In this document: one piece after another, positions 9,814-20,349 of the stretch | Layout of the letters: each line of letters begins with the position of its first letter | How positions within the stretch are numbered: position 1 is the first letter of the stretch | Assembly: GCA_965228895.1 (NCBI GenBank) | Contig: OZ245842.1 | Location: 4,192,001 to 4,256,000, forward strand | From: Alphaproteobacteria bacterium | GTDB taxonomy: Bacteria > Pseudomonadota > Alphaproteobacteria > SP197 | Direction of reading: 5' to 3' | DNA length: 64,000 nucleotides | Made by a program: the position numbers and the translations under genes | The notes under the pieces: generated by a model | What the model was told of the DNA's origin: nothing | Seen by the model: only the letters and a program-made list of their open reading frames with translations | Database searches by the model: none

Positions 9814-12800
9814 CCGCCGATCCCGCAGCCAAGGACGTGCTGCGCGAACGTCTGGCGCGCCTGAAAGCAGACCAGATCGCCGAGCTGGTTCTGGACCTTC
9901 AGTCACGCATCGACGGGCTGCGCGCCGAGCTGACGGCCGGCCATGAACCGATCGCGATTGTCGGTCAGGCTTGCCGTTTGCCCCATGCCGGTGGTGTCGA
10001 GGACTTCAAGCGCTTGCTGTTCGCCGGCGAGAACGCCGTCGGCGCGCCGCCCACCGATCGTCCCGAGGCCGACGGCCTGCCGCCGGCAGGTTACATCGCC
10101 GATATCGATCGTTTCGATGCGGGCTTCTTTGGCTTCCGCGCCGGCGAAGCCGCCGCCATGGATCCGCAGCACCGTCTGCTGATGGAACTTGCGTGGCACG
10201 CTCTGGAGGACGCCGGCTATGCCGACCGCCATCGCCGGCCGTCCAACACCGGCATCTTTGTCGGTGTCAGCACCAGCGACTATGAAGAGCGGTTTCGCGG
10301 CGTCGCACACCGGGGCTTCACGCCCCAGGCGATAACCGGCAACGCGCGCAGCATCGCCGCCGGACGCCTGGCCCATTGGCTCGACACGACCGGACCGGCA
10401 TTGGCCTTGGACACCGCCTGCTCATCATCACTGGTCGCTGTCCACATCGCTTGCTTGTCGCTTCGGTCGGGTTCCTGCGACATGGCCGTCGCTGCCGGCG
10501 TCAATGCGTTGCTGGAAGGCGATCTGAGCGACGGTTTTGAAGCCGCCGGGATGCTGAGCACAGACCACGCCTGCAAGACATTTGATGCTGACGCCAACGG
10601 TTATGTCCGCGGCGAAGGCGGCGGGGTCATCGTGCTGAAACGCCTGTCCGATGCCGAACGTGACGGCGATGTCATCCGCGCTGTCGTAAGGGGCGGCGCG
10701 ATCAACCACGACGGCCGCGCAAGCGCGCTGACGGCACCCAACGGGTCCGCGCAAATTTCGGTCATTCGCGCAGCCCTGGAAAACGCCGGGTTGGCGCCAG
10801 CGGACGTGCAGGTCGTTGAGTGTCACGGGACCGGCACGCCCCTCGGCGATCCGATCGAGGTCCAAGCGCTCGGCGAGGCCTATGGCCCGACCCGAGAAAG
10901 CGACCTGATGCTGGGCGCCGTCAAAACTAACATTGGTCACCTTGAAGCCGCCGCAGGCATCGCCGGCCTGATCAAGATGGTGCTCGCTTTGGAGGCCGGC
11001 CAACTGCCGCCGACCCTCCACCAGACCAGCCTCAATCCCCGGATTGCATGGAACACGCTGCCTGTCCGCGTCATCGACAAGCCGACGGATTGGCCATCGT
11101 GCCCGACACGGCGGGGCGGCGTCAGCAGCTTCGGCTTCAGCGGCACCAACGCGCACATCATTCTGGAGGCCGCACCCGAGGTTGAGCCCAAGGCACCGAC
11201 CGAACAGGCGCTGACAGTCCTGCCGCTGAGCGCCCCCGATCAAGAGGGCGTCTCACGGCTCGCAGCCGCCCTAGCTCACGAGATCGACGTACGACCCGAC
11301 CTAGACCCGGCCGCCGTGACGGCTGCGTCGGCGTTCGGGCGCGAGACGTTCGCCGAGCGCGCCGCGGCGGCAGGCGCAACCCGCGACGATCTGATCGACG
11401 CGTTGAAAGCCATCGCCGACGGTGGAGGCGCCAGGGGCGCCGCCACGTCGGGACCCGTCAGAATTGCCTTCCTGTTTACCGGCCAGGGCAGCCAGTGGTC
11501 GGGCATGGGCCGGGACCTCTATGACGGCGACGCCGACTTCAAGGCGATCATCGACGCATGTGCCGGGGTGCTCGAACCGCACCTGCCCTACCCGCTTGCC
11601 GGCCTCATGTTCGACGACCGCCACGAGGACCTTCTGCTCGATACGGCGATCGCCCAGCCGACCTTGTTTGTTCTGGAGTATGCGCTGGCCAAGCGGCTCG
11701 AAGCCTGGGGCATCGTGCCCGACATTATGATCGGCCACAGTCTGGGCGAGTTGGTTGCCGCATGTCTGGCGGGCGTGATGCCGCTCGACGACGCGTTGAA
11801 GCTGACGGCCGAGCGCGGTCGCTTGATGGGTTCTCTGCCGCGCGATGGCGCCATGGCCGCCGTGTTCGCCCCGATCGCCGTCGTCGAACCGTTCTTGGCC
11901 GAGCATGCGGGCCACGTCGATATCGCCGCGATCAATGGCCCGGAAGACTGTGTGATATCCGGCGAGGCCAAGTCCGTCGACGCGATCTGCGATGCCTTGG
12001 AAGCTCAGGACATAGGCTGCCAGCGGCTGCGCGTCAGCCACGCATTCCATTCGGCTCTGATGGAACCGGTGCTCAAGACGTTTCAACAGGCCGTTGCCGG
12101 CGTGTCGTTGTCGCCACCGCGCATCCCGGTGGTCTCGAACGTCACGGCGACGATCGATGCGCCCCTTACCGATCCCGCCTATTGGGCGCGCCATGTTCGC
12201 GAACCCGTGCGCTTCGCCGACGGCATGGCCACTGTGATCGAACACGGCGCGACGGTTCTGGTGGAGGTCGGCGCGACAAGCGCGTTGATCGGCATGGCCC
12301 AACGGTCGCTCGCCGATGCCGGCAATCCGATCACGTTCATCCCGACCCTTCGCCGCAACAGGCCGGCGGCACAGGGCCTCGGCGCGGCGCTCGCCCAGCT
12401 GTTCGTCGCCGGTGCGCCGATCGAGTGGTCCGCGTTTGTCGCGGACACACCACGCGCCGTGCTGCCGGGTTATCCGTTCGCCGACGAACGCCATTGGACG
12501 CCACGGCCGTCACGGCAGGCCGGTGCGTTGCGGCAGCCGATCGCTGCCGGTTCATCCACACAGAGCAGCGAAGCGCCTTCGGCCGTCAGCACGCCCGCTT
12601 CGCCTCAAGAGATTCGCGAAACCGTGCGCGCCCTGCTTGCGCGCTCCATGCAGTTGGAGCCGGCCGCGTTGGATGCCGATATCGGGTTGTTCGAGCTTGG
12701 TGTCGACTCCCTCGCGTTGACCGAGGCTATCGCGGCGGTCGAACGGCGTTGGCGGATGACGCTCGCGCGCCAAGCCGTGTTCGCGGAATACAACAGCGCG

Positions 12801-15800
12801 CGCCGGCTGGTTGCGCATGTGGTCGACGCCATTTCGAACCAGGCCGGCAGCGCGGTGGGCGATGTCGCCCCTCAGCCCGTCGCCGACCAGTATGCCCCGC
12901 CGCCGCCCCGGCCATCGTCGGAAGCGCCGGCGGCAACGCAGCAAGCCGGCCTCAGTGAAAAGGCCCGGGCCTATCTGGACGGTTTCGCACGCGACTATGT
13001 CGAGCGAAGTGGCGCGTCGCGCCGGCAACGCGAGACCTACGGTAAGGTCCTTGCCGACAGCCGCGCCGTTGCCGGGTATCGCGCTGAAACCAAGGCAATG
13101 CTCTACCCCATCATCGGCGCCAAAGGATCCGGCAGTCACATCGTTGACCTGGACGGCAACGACTACGTTTCCTTGACGATGGGTTTCGGCGTCCAGCTAT
13201 TCGGCCATAACCCGGCGTTTGTGGTCGACGCCATGCAGCGTCACCTGGCCGAACAAGGTTTGTTTATGGGCCCGCAGGCATCGCTCGCCGGCGAGGTCGC
13301 CGCGCGGATTGCCCGGCTGACCGGTAACGAACGGGTTCTCTTCTGCAATACCGGCACCGAGGCCGTGATGACCGCGCTCAGGATCGCGCGGCACACGACC
13401 GGACGGTCCCTGGTCGCGATGTTCGCCGGCTCCTACCACGGGCATTTCGACGGCACGCTTGCCCGTTCCGGGCCTGACGGTCAAAGCGCGGCGCTGGCCG
13501 GCGGTACGCCCGACGGCATGGTCAGGGATGTGCTCGTTCTGGACTATGACGACCCCGATGGTTCCCTTGAGACGCTTCAGCAATTTGCCGGTCAATTGGC
13601 GGCGGTCATCGTCGAACCGGTTCAAAGCCGCCGGCCGAGCCTACAGCCACGCCAATTCCTGCAACAGCTCCGCGCCTTCACCGAAGAAGCCGGCGCGGCC
13701 CTCGTGTTCGACGATGTGTTGTTGGGTTTCCGCGTCGCCCAAGGCGGGTCACAGGCCTGGGCCGATGTGCGCGCCGATCTCGTCACCTACGGCAAGATCG
13801 TCGGCGGCGGCCTGCCAATCGGCGTCGTCGCCGGGCGGCACGCGTACTTGGACGCCATCGACGGCGGAACCTGGACGTTCGACGGCGATGACGTACCGCA
13901 GGAATCCCGCACCTTCTTCGCCGGTACGTTCAATAAGAACCCGATGACCATGGCGGCCTCGAACGCCGTTCTGACCCATCTGGAGGAAGCCGGGCCGCAG
14001 CTTCAGGAAACGCTGAACGCGCGCACGGCAGATTTCTGCGATCGTCTGAATGCCGTACTCGCGGAAGAACAGACGCCACTTCGCGTTGATCACTTTGCGT
14101 CGGTGTTCCGGTTCAGCGGCGCCAACGACCTCTTCTTCAACCACCTCATCGCCAACGGCGTTTACGTGTGGGAAGGACGCACGTGCTTCCTGTCGACGGC
14201 GCACACGGATGCGGATCTGGATCGTGTTGAAGACGCCGTGCGCAAAAGTGTCCGCGCCATGCTGCCCGCAGGCCTCATCGCGACGCGCACGTCATCCCGG
14301 GAACCCCGGACGGTTCTGACAACACCCGGGCAACAGGCGCTATGGGTCCTGGCAGCATTCAGCCCCGAGACATCATCGGCCTACAACCAATCGCTCGTGC
14401 TCGACCTCGGCGGCGATCTCGACCAGGCGGCGCTCACGCACGCGCTTCAAACCTTGGTCGAGCGGCATGATTCGTTGCGCTCCCGTTTTTCCGATGATGG
14501 CGAATACCAGACAATCCTTGACCCGGCCCCCGTCGACTTGGAACAGGTCGACCTAGCCGACACGGAAGACTCGACCGGCGACGCCTGGATCGAAACAGAG
14601 GCGTCGCAGGCGTTCGATCTGGAAGCCGGCCCGGTGCTGCGGGCCACCTTGCTGCGGCTGTCGCCCGATCGCCACAGGCTGGTTTTGATCCAACCCCATA
14701 TCGTGACCGACGGCTGGTCGATGCAGGTTTTGGCGGTCGAGTTGGGCGCACTCTATTCCGCTTTCCGTAGCGGGAAGAAACCCACGCTATCGTCGGCGCC
14801 GCCTTATCGTGTCTACGCCGACCGCGCGCGGGAGATGGCTGCGGCGCCGGAGGCCGCGGCCCATTGGCGCGGGCTCTACGCAACCGTGCCGCCAACCCTC
14901 GATCTGCCGACCGACCGGCCGCGACCCAAACTTCAAGCCTTTGACGGCGACTGCATCTACCACGGGCTATCCGCTGCTCTATCCGAGCGGCTGGAACAGC
15001 GTGCGCGCGCACTCGGTTGTTCGCTCTTCACCCTGTGCCTGGCCGGCTACGCACGGCTGCTCAGCCAATTGAGCGGACAAGGTGACCTGGCCATTGCGAT
15101 CTTCGCGGCAGGACAGCCGCTGGTCGGCGAACGGTCGCTGACCGGATACTGCGTCGCCACCTTGCCGGTCCGGCTCAACGGCGCGGACACATCCTCAAGC
15201 CGCGATCTTGTGACCGGGACACATCAGGCGATGTCGGACGCGTTGGCTTACCCCGGCTATCCCTTCTCGTCGCTGATCAAGGCACTTGGCATGAAGCGCG
15301 ACCCGTCGCGCCCGCCCTTGACCGGCGTTTCCTTCAATCTCGACCGGTTGGATGCCGAACCGCAATTCGACGGTCTGACGACAACGCTGGGGGCCAACGC
15401 CCATGGCAGCGTGCGGTGGGATCTCAACTGGAACATGCTGGCCAGTGCGGACGGCTTGCAGATCGAAGCCAACTTCAACAGCGGCCTGTTCGACCGGCAG
15501 CGTGTCGAAGACTGGGTTTCGACCTATGTTGCCATTCTCGACGACCTCTGCGACGAGACGGATAAGGCACCGCAGCCGGCAACGCCGGACACCCCATCCG
15601 ACGTGCAGACTCTCGCGCACCGGGTCGCCACGTGGGCAGCAACAACACCGGATGCCGTTGCGGTGCTGGATCGCGACGGTGCGACCGACTACGCGGCGCT
15701 TGACCGGTCGGCCGCCGGCCTTGCCGGGCGTCTGACGGCGGCCGGTATCGGTCGCGGTGACCGGGTCGCGTTCAAACTTGATCGAGGTGCCGGGCCGGTC

Positions 15801-18731
15801 GTCGCGATGCTTGCCGCCGCGCGCATCGGCGCGGCGTTCGTGCCCCTCGATCCCGATCATCCCGCCGATCACCATGCCTTTATCCTGCGCGATAGCGGCG
15901 CACGGCTGTTGATCACCGAACCGTCGGGCGACCACGCGGCGTTGGATCTACCGGTCATCGCCTGGCGATCGGATGACGATGAGCCGTCGAGCATGCCGGC
16001 GCCATGCGGTGTTGCGCCCGACGATCTCGCCTACGTGCTCTATACCTCCGGCTCGACCGGCAGGCCCAAGGGCGTCATGGTGCCGTGGCGGGCGGTCGAG
16101 ACCTATAGCGCCGCTCTGCTGGCGCGGCTCGGTGTCGACACGCCGACCTCGTTCGCCATCGTGACCTCGTTTGCCGCCGACCTCGGCTACACATCGGTGT
16201 TCGGCGCCCTGCGCTCGGGCGGCGCGCTGCACGCGATCGATGCCGAAGCCGCGCGTGATCCCAACCAGTTGATCGCGTGGTTCCAAGACCACCCGGTCGA
16301 CATGATGAAGATCGTGCCGACCCACATGGCCGCCCTGATGACGGCGCCCGACGCGCGTACCCTGCTACCGCGCAACGCCCTGATCTTCGGCGGCGACGTC
16401 TTGACCTATGACCTCGTCGACCGGTTCCGCGCGCTGGGCGGCGATTGCCGGATCTTCAACCACTATGGCCCGACGGAAACCACGGTCGGCGCCACCATGA
16501 TCGAGGTCACAGACGGTCTTCGGCAGCCCGATGACGTGGCGGTTCCGATAGGCCGGCCGCTTGACGGTTACACCATCGAGGTTATCGGAGAAGATGGTGG
16601 CCTGCTGGACGCCGGCATAACCGGCGAGCTGCGGATCGCGGGTCCGGCGGTCGCAGCCGGCTACGTGACGCCTCATGGACAAGAGCGCGCCAGGTTCAGC
16701 CGCGGCGTAGACGGCCTTGCCCGCTATGCCACGGGCGATCTCGGCCGCCGGCGTGACGACGGCATCATCGAGTTCGCCGGACGCAAGGACGATGTGGTGA
16801 AGATCCGCGGGCATCAGGTCGACCCCGCGGGGATCGCGACACTGATGCGCAGCCACCCGGCTGTCCGCGACGCCGCCGTCTTGATCGACCGGCAGGCGGG
16901 CCGCGCACCCCGTTTGGTGGCTGTTGTTGTTACCGACGACCCGGTGGACACGATTGCAGCCTGGCTGTCGGAGAAGGTGCCGGCCGCGCTGTGTCCCTCA
17001 CAGATGACAGCGCTTGACGCCATACCGCTGAATGCCAACGGCAAGGTGGATCGTACCGCCCTGCTCGCATCGCTCGAACGCCCCCATCACGATGCCGCGC
17101 ACGCCGCAGCGTCAGAAGGCGGCCGCGTCGAGATCATGTGTTCGATTTGGCGCGAGGTGCTGGAAGTCGAACTGGTTGGGCCAAATGACGACTTCTTTGC
17201 CCTGGGCGGCGACTCGATCGTGGCGATCCGCGTCGCCGGCAAGGCCCGATCGGCCGGTCTGACGATCAGCCCGTCTCAGATCTTCGAACACGCCACGCCA
17301 GCCACTTTGGCGGCCGTCGCGACATCCGTCGATGACGAGGCGCCGAAGAGCCGCGACCTGGTGGCCGGGATCACGCCGCTAACGCCCATCCAGCGCTGGT
17401 TCATGGCGATCGACATGGCAAAGCGGAACCAATGGGCGCTGACCGCGGTCTTCGACCTACCGGCGGCCACGACGCCCGACCGACTCACACAGGCGTTGTC
17501 GGTGCTGATCAAACGGCATGACGCCCTACGCACCGCGCTGCGGCACGATAACGGCGTTGCCGGTCAACAGGTCGTGGACGACGGGCACGCGCCCACGGTG
17601 ATTACGTGCGAGATGAGCGAAGAGAACACCGCCGACCGGACAAAAGCCGAAGATGAACTCGCAAACAGGCTGGTCGCAAGCCTGGACCTGGACCGGGGCC
17701 AGGTGATGGCCGCCGGCCTGATCACATCCCCGTCGGGTAACGTCAAACGCCTGGTTGTCGCCGCCCATCACGTCGCTTTCGACATGGTGTCCTGGGGTAT
17801 CGTCGCGGAAGATATCGAGATCGCCCTGACCAGAGGAGCCGACGCCATCCCACCAGTGGCAACGCCATGGTCGTGGTGGTGCAGCCAATTGGCCGGGTAC
17901 GCGGAGGCCGCGCGTCCGCAGCTGGACTATTGGCAGTCGGTGGAAAAAGAGGGTTCGACGGCTATCCCGTTCGATCACGTGGACGGTGCCAACGCCGAAG
18001 GCGACGCAAGGGAGATAGAACGGGAGATCAATGCTGAAGTCACGGAGACTCTGCTGACATCGTCCGCCGAGACCTACGGCATGCAGGCCCACGAAATCGT
18101 GCTGGCTGCACTTGGCCGCGCCCTGGTGGGTTGGTCAGAGGCGCCGACCATCGTGGAACTGGAAGGCCATGGACGCGAGCCGTTGGATCCCACGGTCGAT
18201 CTGTCACGCACCGTCGGCTGGTTCACGACACGTTACCCGCTTGCCCTGCCAATTGCGCCGGCGGGCGATCCGCGCGATTGGCTTGTCGCCGTCAAGGAAG
18301 CCGTTCGCGAGATACCGCAGCGCGGCATGGGCTATGGCCTGCTGCGATACCTCGACGGCGCCGATCTGACCGCCGGACCGACGGTCTCCTACAACTTCGT
18401 CGGCGAGATAACGCGGTATGGCGGTGATCTGGGCCTGGTTCGGCTGGGCGCAGGCCAGGAGCGCGATCCCGCGGCACAGCGCCCGCACCTGTTGGTCTTC
18501 ACCGCCTGGCTCGACAACGGCGCGCTTTGCCTGCGGTGCCAGCATGCCGGCAAGCACGCAACGGCCACCGTAAGCGCCCTGCTTGATAACATCGTCCTTG
18601 AGATCACGAACCTTGCCGAGCATTGCGCGACCGCATCGGGGCGCGTCTACACGCCTGGCGACTTTACCGATGTTGATTTCAGTCAGGATGAGTTGGATCA
18701 GCTCACCGCTGACATTCTGGGGTCAGACTGA
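9810..18731 (+). CDS. Hybrid PKS-NRPS: KS-AT-ACP-class III aminotransferase-C-A(Asp)-PCP-E
   Basis: DTACSSS and HGTGT (KS); GHSLG and HAFH (malonyl AT); LGVDSL (ACP); TYGKIVGGG (PLP Lys); PHIVTDG (C); YTSGSTGRPKG and NGKVDR (A); LGGDSI (PCP); HHVAFDMVSW, EGHGRE, RTVGWFT (E). GTG start overlaps the FAAL stop. Confidence 0.95.
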   Translation: MTADPAAKDVLRERLARLKADQIAELVLDLQSRIDGLRAELTAGHEPIAIVGQACRLPHAGGVEDFKRLLFAGENAVGAPPTDRPEADGLPPAGYIADIDRFDAGFFGFRAGEAAAMDPQHRLLMELAWHALEDAGYADRHRRPSNTGIFVGVSTSDYEERFRGVAHRGFTPQAITGNARSIAAGRLAHWLDTTGPALALDTACSSSLVAVHIACLSLRSGSCDMAVAAGVNALLEGDLSDGFEAAGMLSTDHACKTFDADANGYVRGEGGGVIVLKRLSDAERDGDVIRAVVRGGAINHDGRASALTAPNGSAQISVIRAALENAGLAPADVQVVECHGTGTPLGDPIEVQALGEAYGPTRESDLMLGAVKTNIGHLEAAAGIAGLIKMVLALEAGQLPPTLHQTSLNPRIAWNTLPVRVIDKPTDWPSCPTRRGGVSSFGFSGTNAHIILEAAPEVEPKAPTEQALTVLPLSAPDQEGVSRLAAALAHEIDVRPDLDPAAVTAASAFGRETFAERAAAAGATRDDLIDALKAIADGGGARGAATSGPVRIAFLFTGQGSQWSGMGRDLYDGDADFKAIIDACAGVLEPHLPYPLAGLMFDDRHEDLLLDTAIAQPTLFVLEYALAKRLEAWGIVPDIMIGHSLGELVAACLAGVMPLDDALKLTAERGRLMGSLPRDGAMAAVFAPIAVVEPFLAEHAGHVDIAAINGPEDCVISGEAKSVDAICDALEAQDIGCQRLRVSHAFHSALMEPVLKTFQQAVAGVSLSPPRIPVVSNVTATIDAPLTDPAYWARHVREPVRFADGMATVIEHGATVLVEVGATSALIGMAQRSLADAGNPITFIPTLRRNRPAAQGLGAALAQLFVAGAPIEWSAFVADTPRAVLPGYPFADERHWTPRPSRQAGALRQPIAAGSSTQSSEAPSAVSTPASPQEIRETVRALLARSMQLEPAALDADIGLFELGVDSLALTEAIAAVERRWRMTLARQAVFAEYNSARRLVAHVVDAISNQAGSAVGDVAPQPVADQYAPPPPRPSSEAPAATQQAGLSEKARAYLDGFARDYVERSGASRRQRETYGKVLADSRAVAGYRAETKAMLYPIIGAKGSGSHIVDLDGNDYVSLTMGFGVQLFGHNPAFVVDAMQRHLAEQGLFMGPQASLAGEVAARIARLTGNERVLFCNTGTEAVMTALRIARHTTGRSLVAMFAGSYHGHFDGTLARSGPDGQSAALAGGTPDGMVRDVLVLDYDDPDGSLETLQQFAGQLAAVIVEPVQSRRPSLQPRQFLQQLRAFTEEAGAALVFDDVLLGFRVAQGGSQAWADVRADLVTYGKIVGGGLPIGVVAGRHAYLDAIDGGTWTFDGDDVPQESRTFFAGTFNKNPMTMAASNAVLTHLEEAGPQLQETLNARTADFCDRLNAVLAEEQTPLRVDHFASVFRFSGANDLFFNHLIANGVYVWEGRTCFLSTAHTDADLDRVEDAVRKSVRAMLPAGLIATRTSSREPRTVLTTPGQQALWVLAAFSPETSSAYNQSLVLDLGGDLDQAALTHALQTLVERHDSLRSRFSDDGEYQTILDPAPVDLEQVDLADTEDSTGDAWIETEASQAFDLEAGPVLRATLLRLSPDRHRLVLIQPHIVTDGWSMQVLAVELGALYSAFRSGKKPTLSSAPPYRVYADRAREMAAAPEAAAHWRGLYATVPPTLDLPTDRPRPKLQAFDGDCIYHGLSAALSERLEQRARALGCSLFTLCLAGYARLLSQLSGQGDLAIAIFAAGQPLVGERSLTGYCVATLPVRLNGADTSSSRDLVTGTHQAMSDALAYPGYPFSSLIKALGMKRDPSRPPLTGVSFNLDRLDAEPQFDGLTTTLGANAHGSVRWDLNWNMLASADGLQIEANFNSGLFDRQRVEDWVSTYVAILDDLCDETDKAPQPATPDTPSDVQTLAHRVATWAATTPDAVAVLDRDGATDYAALDRSAAGLAGRLTAAGIGRGDRVAFKLDRGAGPVVAMLAAARIGAAFVPLDPDHPADHHAFILRDSGARLLITEPSGDHAALDLPVIAWRSDDDEPSSMPAPCGVAPDDLAYVLYTSGSTGRPKGVMVPWRAVETYSAALLARLGVDTPTSFAIVTSFAADLGYTSVFGALRSGGALHAIDAEAARDPNQLIAWFQDHPVDMMKIVPTHMAALMTAPDARTLLPRNALIFGGDVLTYDLVDRFRALGGDCRIFNHYGPTETTVGATMIEVTDGLRQPDDVAVPIGRPLDGYTIEVIGEDGGLLDAGITGELRIAGPAVAAGYVTPHGQERARFSRGVDGLARYATGDLGRRRDDGIIEFAGRKDDVVKIRGHQVDPAGIATLMRSHPAVRDAAVLIDRQAGRAPRLVAVVVTDDPVDTIAAWLSEKVPAALCPSQMTALDAIPLNANGKVDRTALLASLERPHHDAAHAAASEGGRVEIMCSIWREVLEVELVGPNDDFFALGGDSIVAIRVAGKARSAGLTISPSQIFEHATPATLAAVATSVDDEAPKSRDLVAGITPLTPIQRWFMAIDMAKRNQWALTAVFDLPAATTPDRLTQALSVLIKRHDALRTALRHDNGVAGQQVVDDGHAPTVITCEMSEENTADRTKAEDELANRLVASLDLDRGQVMAAGLITSPSGNVKRLVVAAHHVAFDMVSWGIVAEDIEIALTRGADAIPPVATPWSWWCSQLAGYAEAARPQLDYWQSVEKEGSTAIPFDHVDGANAEGDAREIEREINAEVTETLLTSSAETYGMQAHEIVLAALGRALVGWSEAPTIVELEGHGREPLDPTVDLSRTVGWFTTRYPLALPIAPAGDPRDWLVAVKEAVREIPQRGMGYGLLRYLDGADLTAGPTVSYNFVGEITRYGGDLGLVRLGAGQERDPAAQRPHLLVFTAWLDNGALCLRCQHAGKHATATVSALLDNIVLEITNLAEHCATASGRVYTPGDFTDVDFSQDELDQLTADILGSD

Positions 18732-18753
18732 TCTTACCAGGCTTTTGGTGCGC

Positions 18754-19659
18754 TTAAACGGTTTGCCATCGCGGTACGCCGCTCTCACCGCCGACATAAT
18801 CGATGTCGCTTGGCACTGATGGATAGGCGGGCGGATTGCCAGTGTCGACGAACTTGTTGAGTGGGCCGACGGTCATGGGCGCCACGTTCTGAAAAAAGGC
18901 CAGGCTGGTACGCGTCTGCGTGGTTTCCATGACGCGATGGCGGACCGCAGGGATGTGGCCGTTGGAGAACAACTCCATCCAATCACCGGGGATCACCAAC
19001 AAACTTGCCGCCGGATCGGCCGGCACGGTGAACCATCGACCGTCACGGTGCTTGATCTGCAGTGACTCCGTGCTTTGCGTGAGCATGGTGAACACCACGG
19101 CGTCAGAATGCTCCTGAAGTCCGGCGTCTTGCCCATCGCCACGCTGCTGACCCGGGTAGTGTTTCAGGGCCAAATAACCGGGCTCATAGCGCAGAAAGCC
19201 GGGCTCCTCTCCGAGCACCGTCTCAAACCCACGCAGCAATGCGCAAGCAACCGTCTCAAGAAGCGCTGCCGTTTCCGTCACGTTCGCCGCAAATCCAGGC
19301 GACACCTCGTCATCGGGCCACAGGGTGCGCGCCGTCTGGACGCTGAACCCATACTCCTGCTTGGGATCACGGCTCTGCATCTCGGACTCGCTCATATGGC
19401 TTGTATAGACCGGATGTTCACGCATCAAAGACCAGCCGCCGGTGGTTTCGCCAACCCGTACCGAATGGTGATACCGACGGCGGACGTCGATGGGCAGGGC
19501 CGTGAAATCGCTCCAGCTCGACAGGGCAGCGTGAACACACTGCAAGCGGCTTCCGGTCAACATGAGATAACCGCTGTCCATTAAGGCCGACTCGATGCCG
19601 CGCGCGACTGACGCGCCATCCTCGCCCGAGATAAGGTCTTCAATCTCCATCTGGGTCAC
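18754..19659 (-). CDS. Isopenicillin N synthase-like Fe(II)/2OG oxygenase
   Basis: KHYP, EHSD, AVRHRV, RTS (HxD...H and RxS motifs). Confidence 0.85.
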   Translation of the reverse strand: MTQMEIEDLISGEDGASVARGIESALMDSGYLMLTGSRLQCVHAALSSWSDFTALPIDVRRRYHHSVRVGETTGGWSLMREHPVYTSHMSESEMQSRDPKQEYGFSVQTARTLWPDDEVSPGFAANVTETAALLETVACALLRGFETVLGEEPGFLRYEPGYLALKHYPGQQRGDGQDAGLQEHSDAVVFTMLTQSTESLQIKHRDGRWFTVPADPAASLLVIPGDWMELFSNGHIPAVRHRVMETTQTRTSLAFFQNVAPMTVGPLNKFVDTGNPPAYPSVPSDIDYVGGESGVPRWQTV

Positions 19660-19757
19660 CGCACCAACATATGTCCTGATCGTGAATCACTGTGCCACAA
19701 GAGCTGCGGGATTGCAGCCGGGTGACCGTCAAAAGCCTCTTGCGCGCGGACGGATAT

Positions 19758-20228
19758 CTAATCCTCCGGGCTGTGCCGATAGGGTTCGTCGCCGCTGTCG
19801 TGCCATACACGATAGCGCGGCAAGGTATCGTGGATTTCGAGCCAGGGAAGGCGCTCCTGATGATGGATGTGGCATGCCGGTGCAAACTCCTCCGGATTAT
19901 CCAGGGTGTTGATCAGGAACTCGACCAGGGGTCCATGTTCGCCGCCGTCGCCTTCCCAGGTCAAAGGCGTACCGCAATCGCCACAAAAGGCGCGTCCCAC
20001 CCCCGGCGATGATTCAAAGACCTTCGGTTTTCCCTTGGTGTACGTCACCTGATCGAGCCTGTAGCCCGCCAGCGCGACGACAGGCGCGCCGGTGTGTTTC
20101 CGGCAAGACTTGCAGTGGCAGAAGATTGTCGATAGCGGTGCGCCGTCAACGCGGTAGCGGACAGCGCCACACAGACACCCCCCGGTCGCCTGGTCTGGGC
20201 AAGTGGTCATAGCGGCTCCATTCGTCAT
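19758..20228 (-). CDS. GFA (CENP-V/GFA) family Zn-binding protein
   Basis: GGCLCGAVRY, CHCKSCRK, RAFCGDCGTPL. Confidence 0.9.
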   Translation of the reverse strand: MTNGAAMTTCPDQATGGCLCGAVRYRVDGAPLSTIFCHCKSCRKHTGAPVVALAGYRLDQVTYTKGKPKVFESSPGVGRAFCGDCGTPLTWEGDGGEHGPLVEFLINTLDNPEEFAPACHIHHQERLPWLEIHDTLPRYRVWHDSGDEPYRHSPED

Positions 20229-20349
20229 GCCGGTTAGGGAGGCGACATGCTACACAAACGGTATCGGCAGGCGAATGGGCGGCTGTATCCAATGACCGCT
20301 AACGCAACGCTTGCACAATAAAGTTGAACAGGAACTCGGCGGGATTGCG

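Noticed and set aside
11558-12958. Long alternative-frame and antisense ORFs (e.g. 466 aa here, also 36730-37782, 54404-55501)
   Set aside because: Shadow ORFs of GC-rich genes: they overlap well-supported CDSs, many are Arg/Ala-rich, and none has recognisable motifs.
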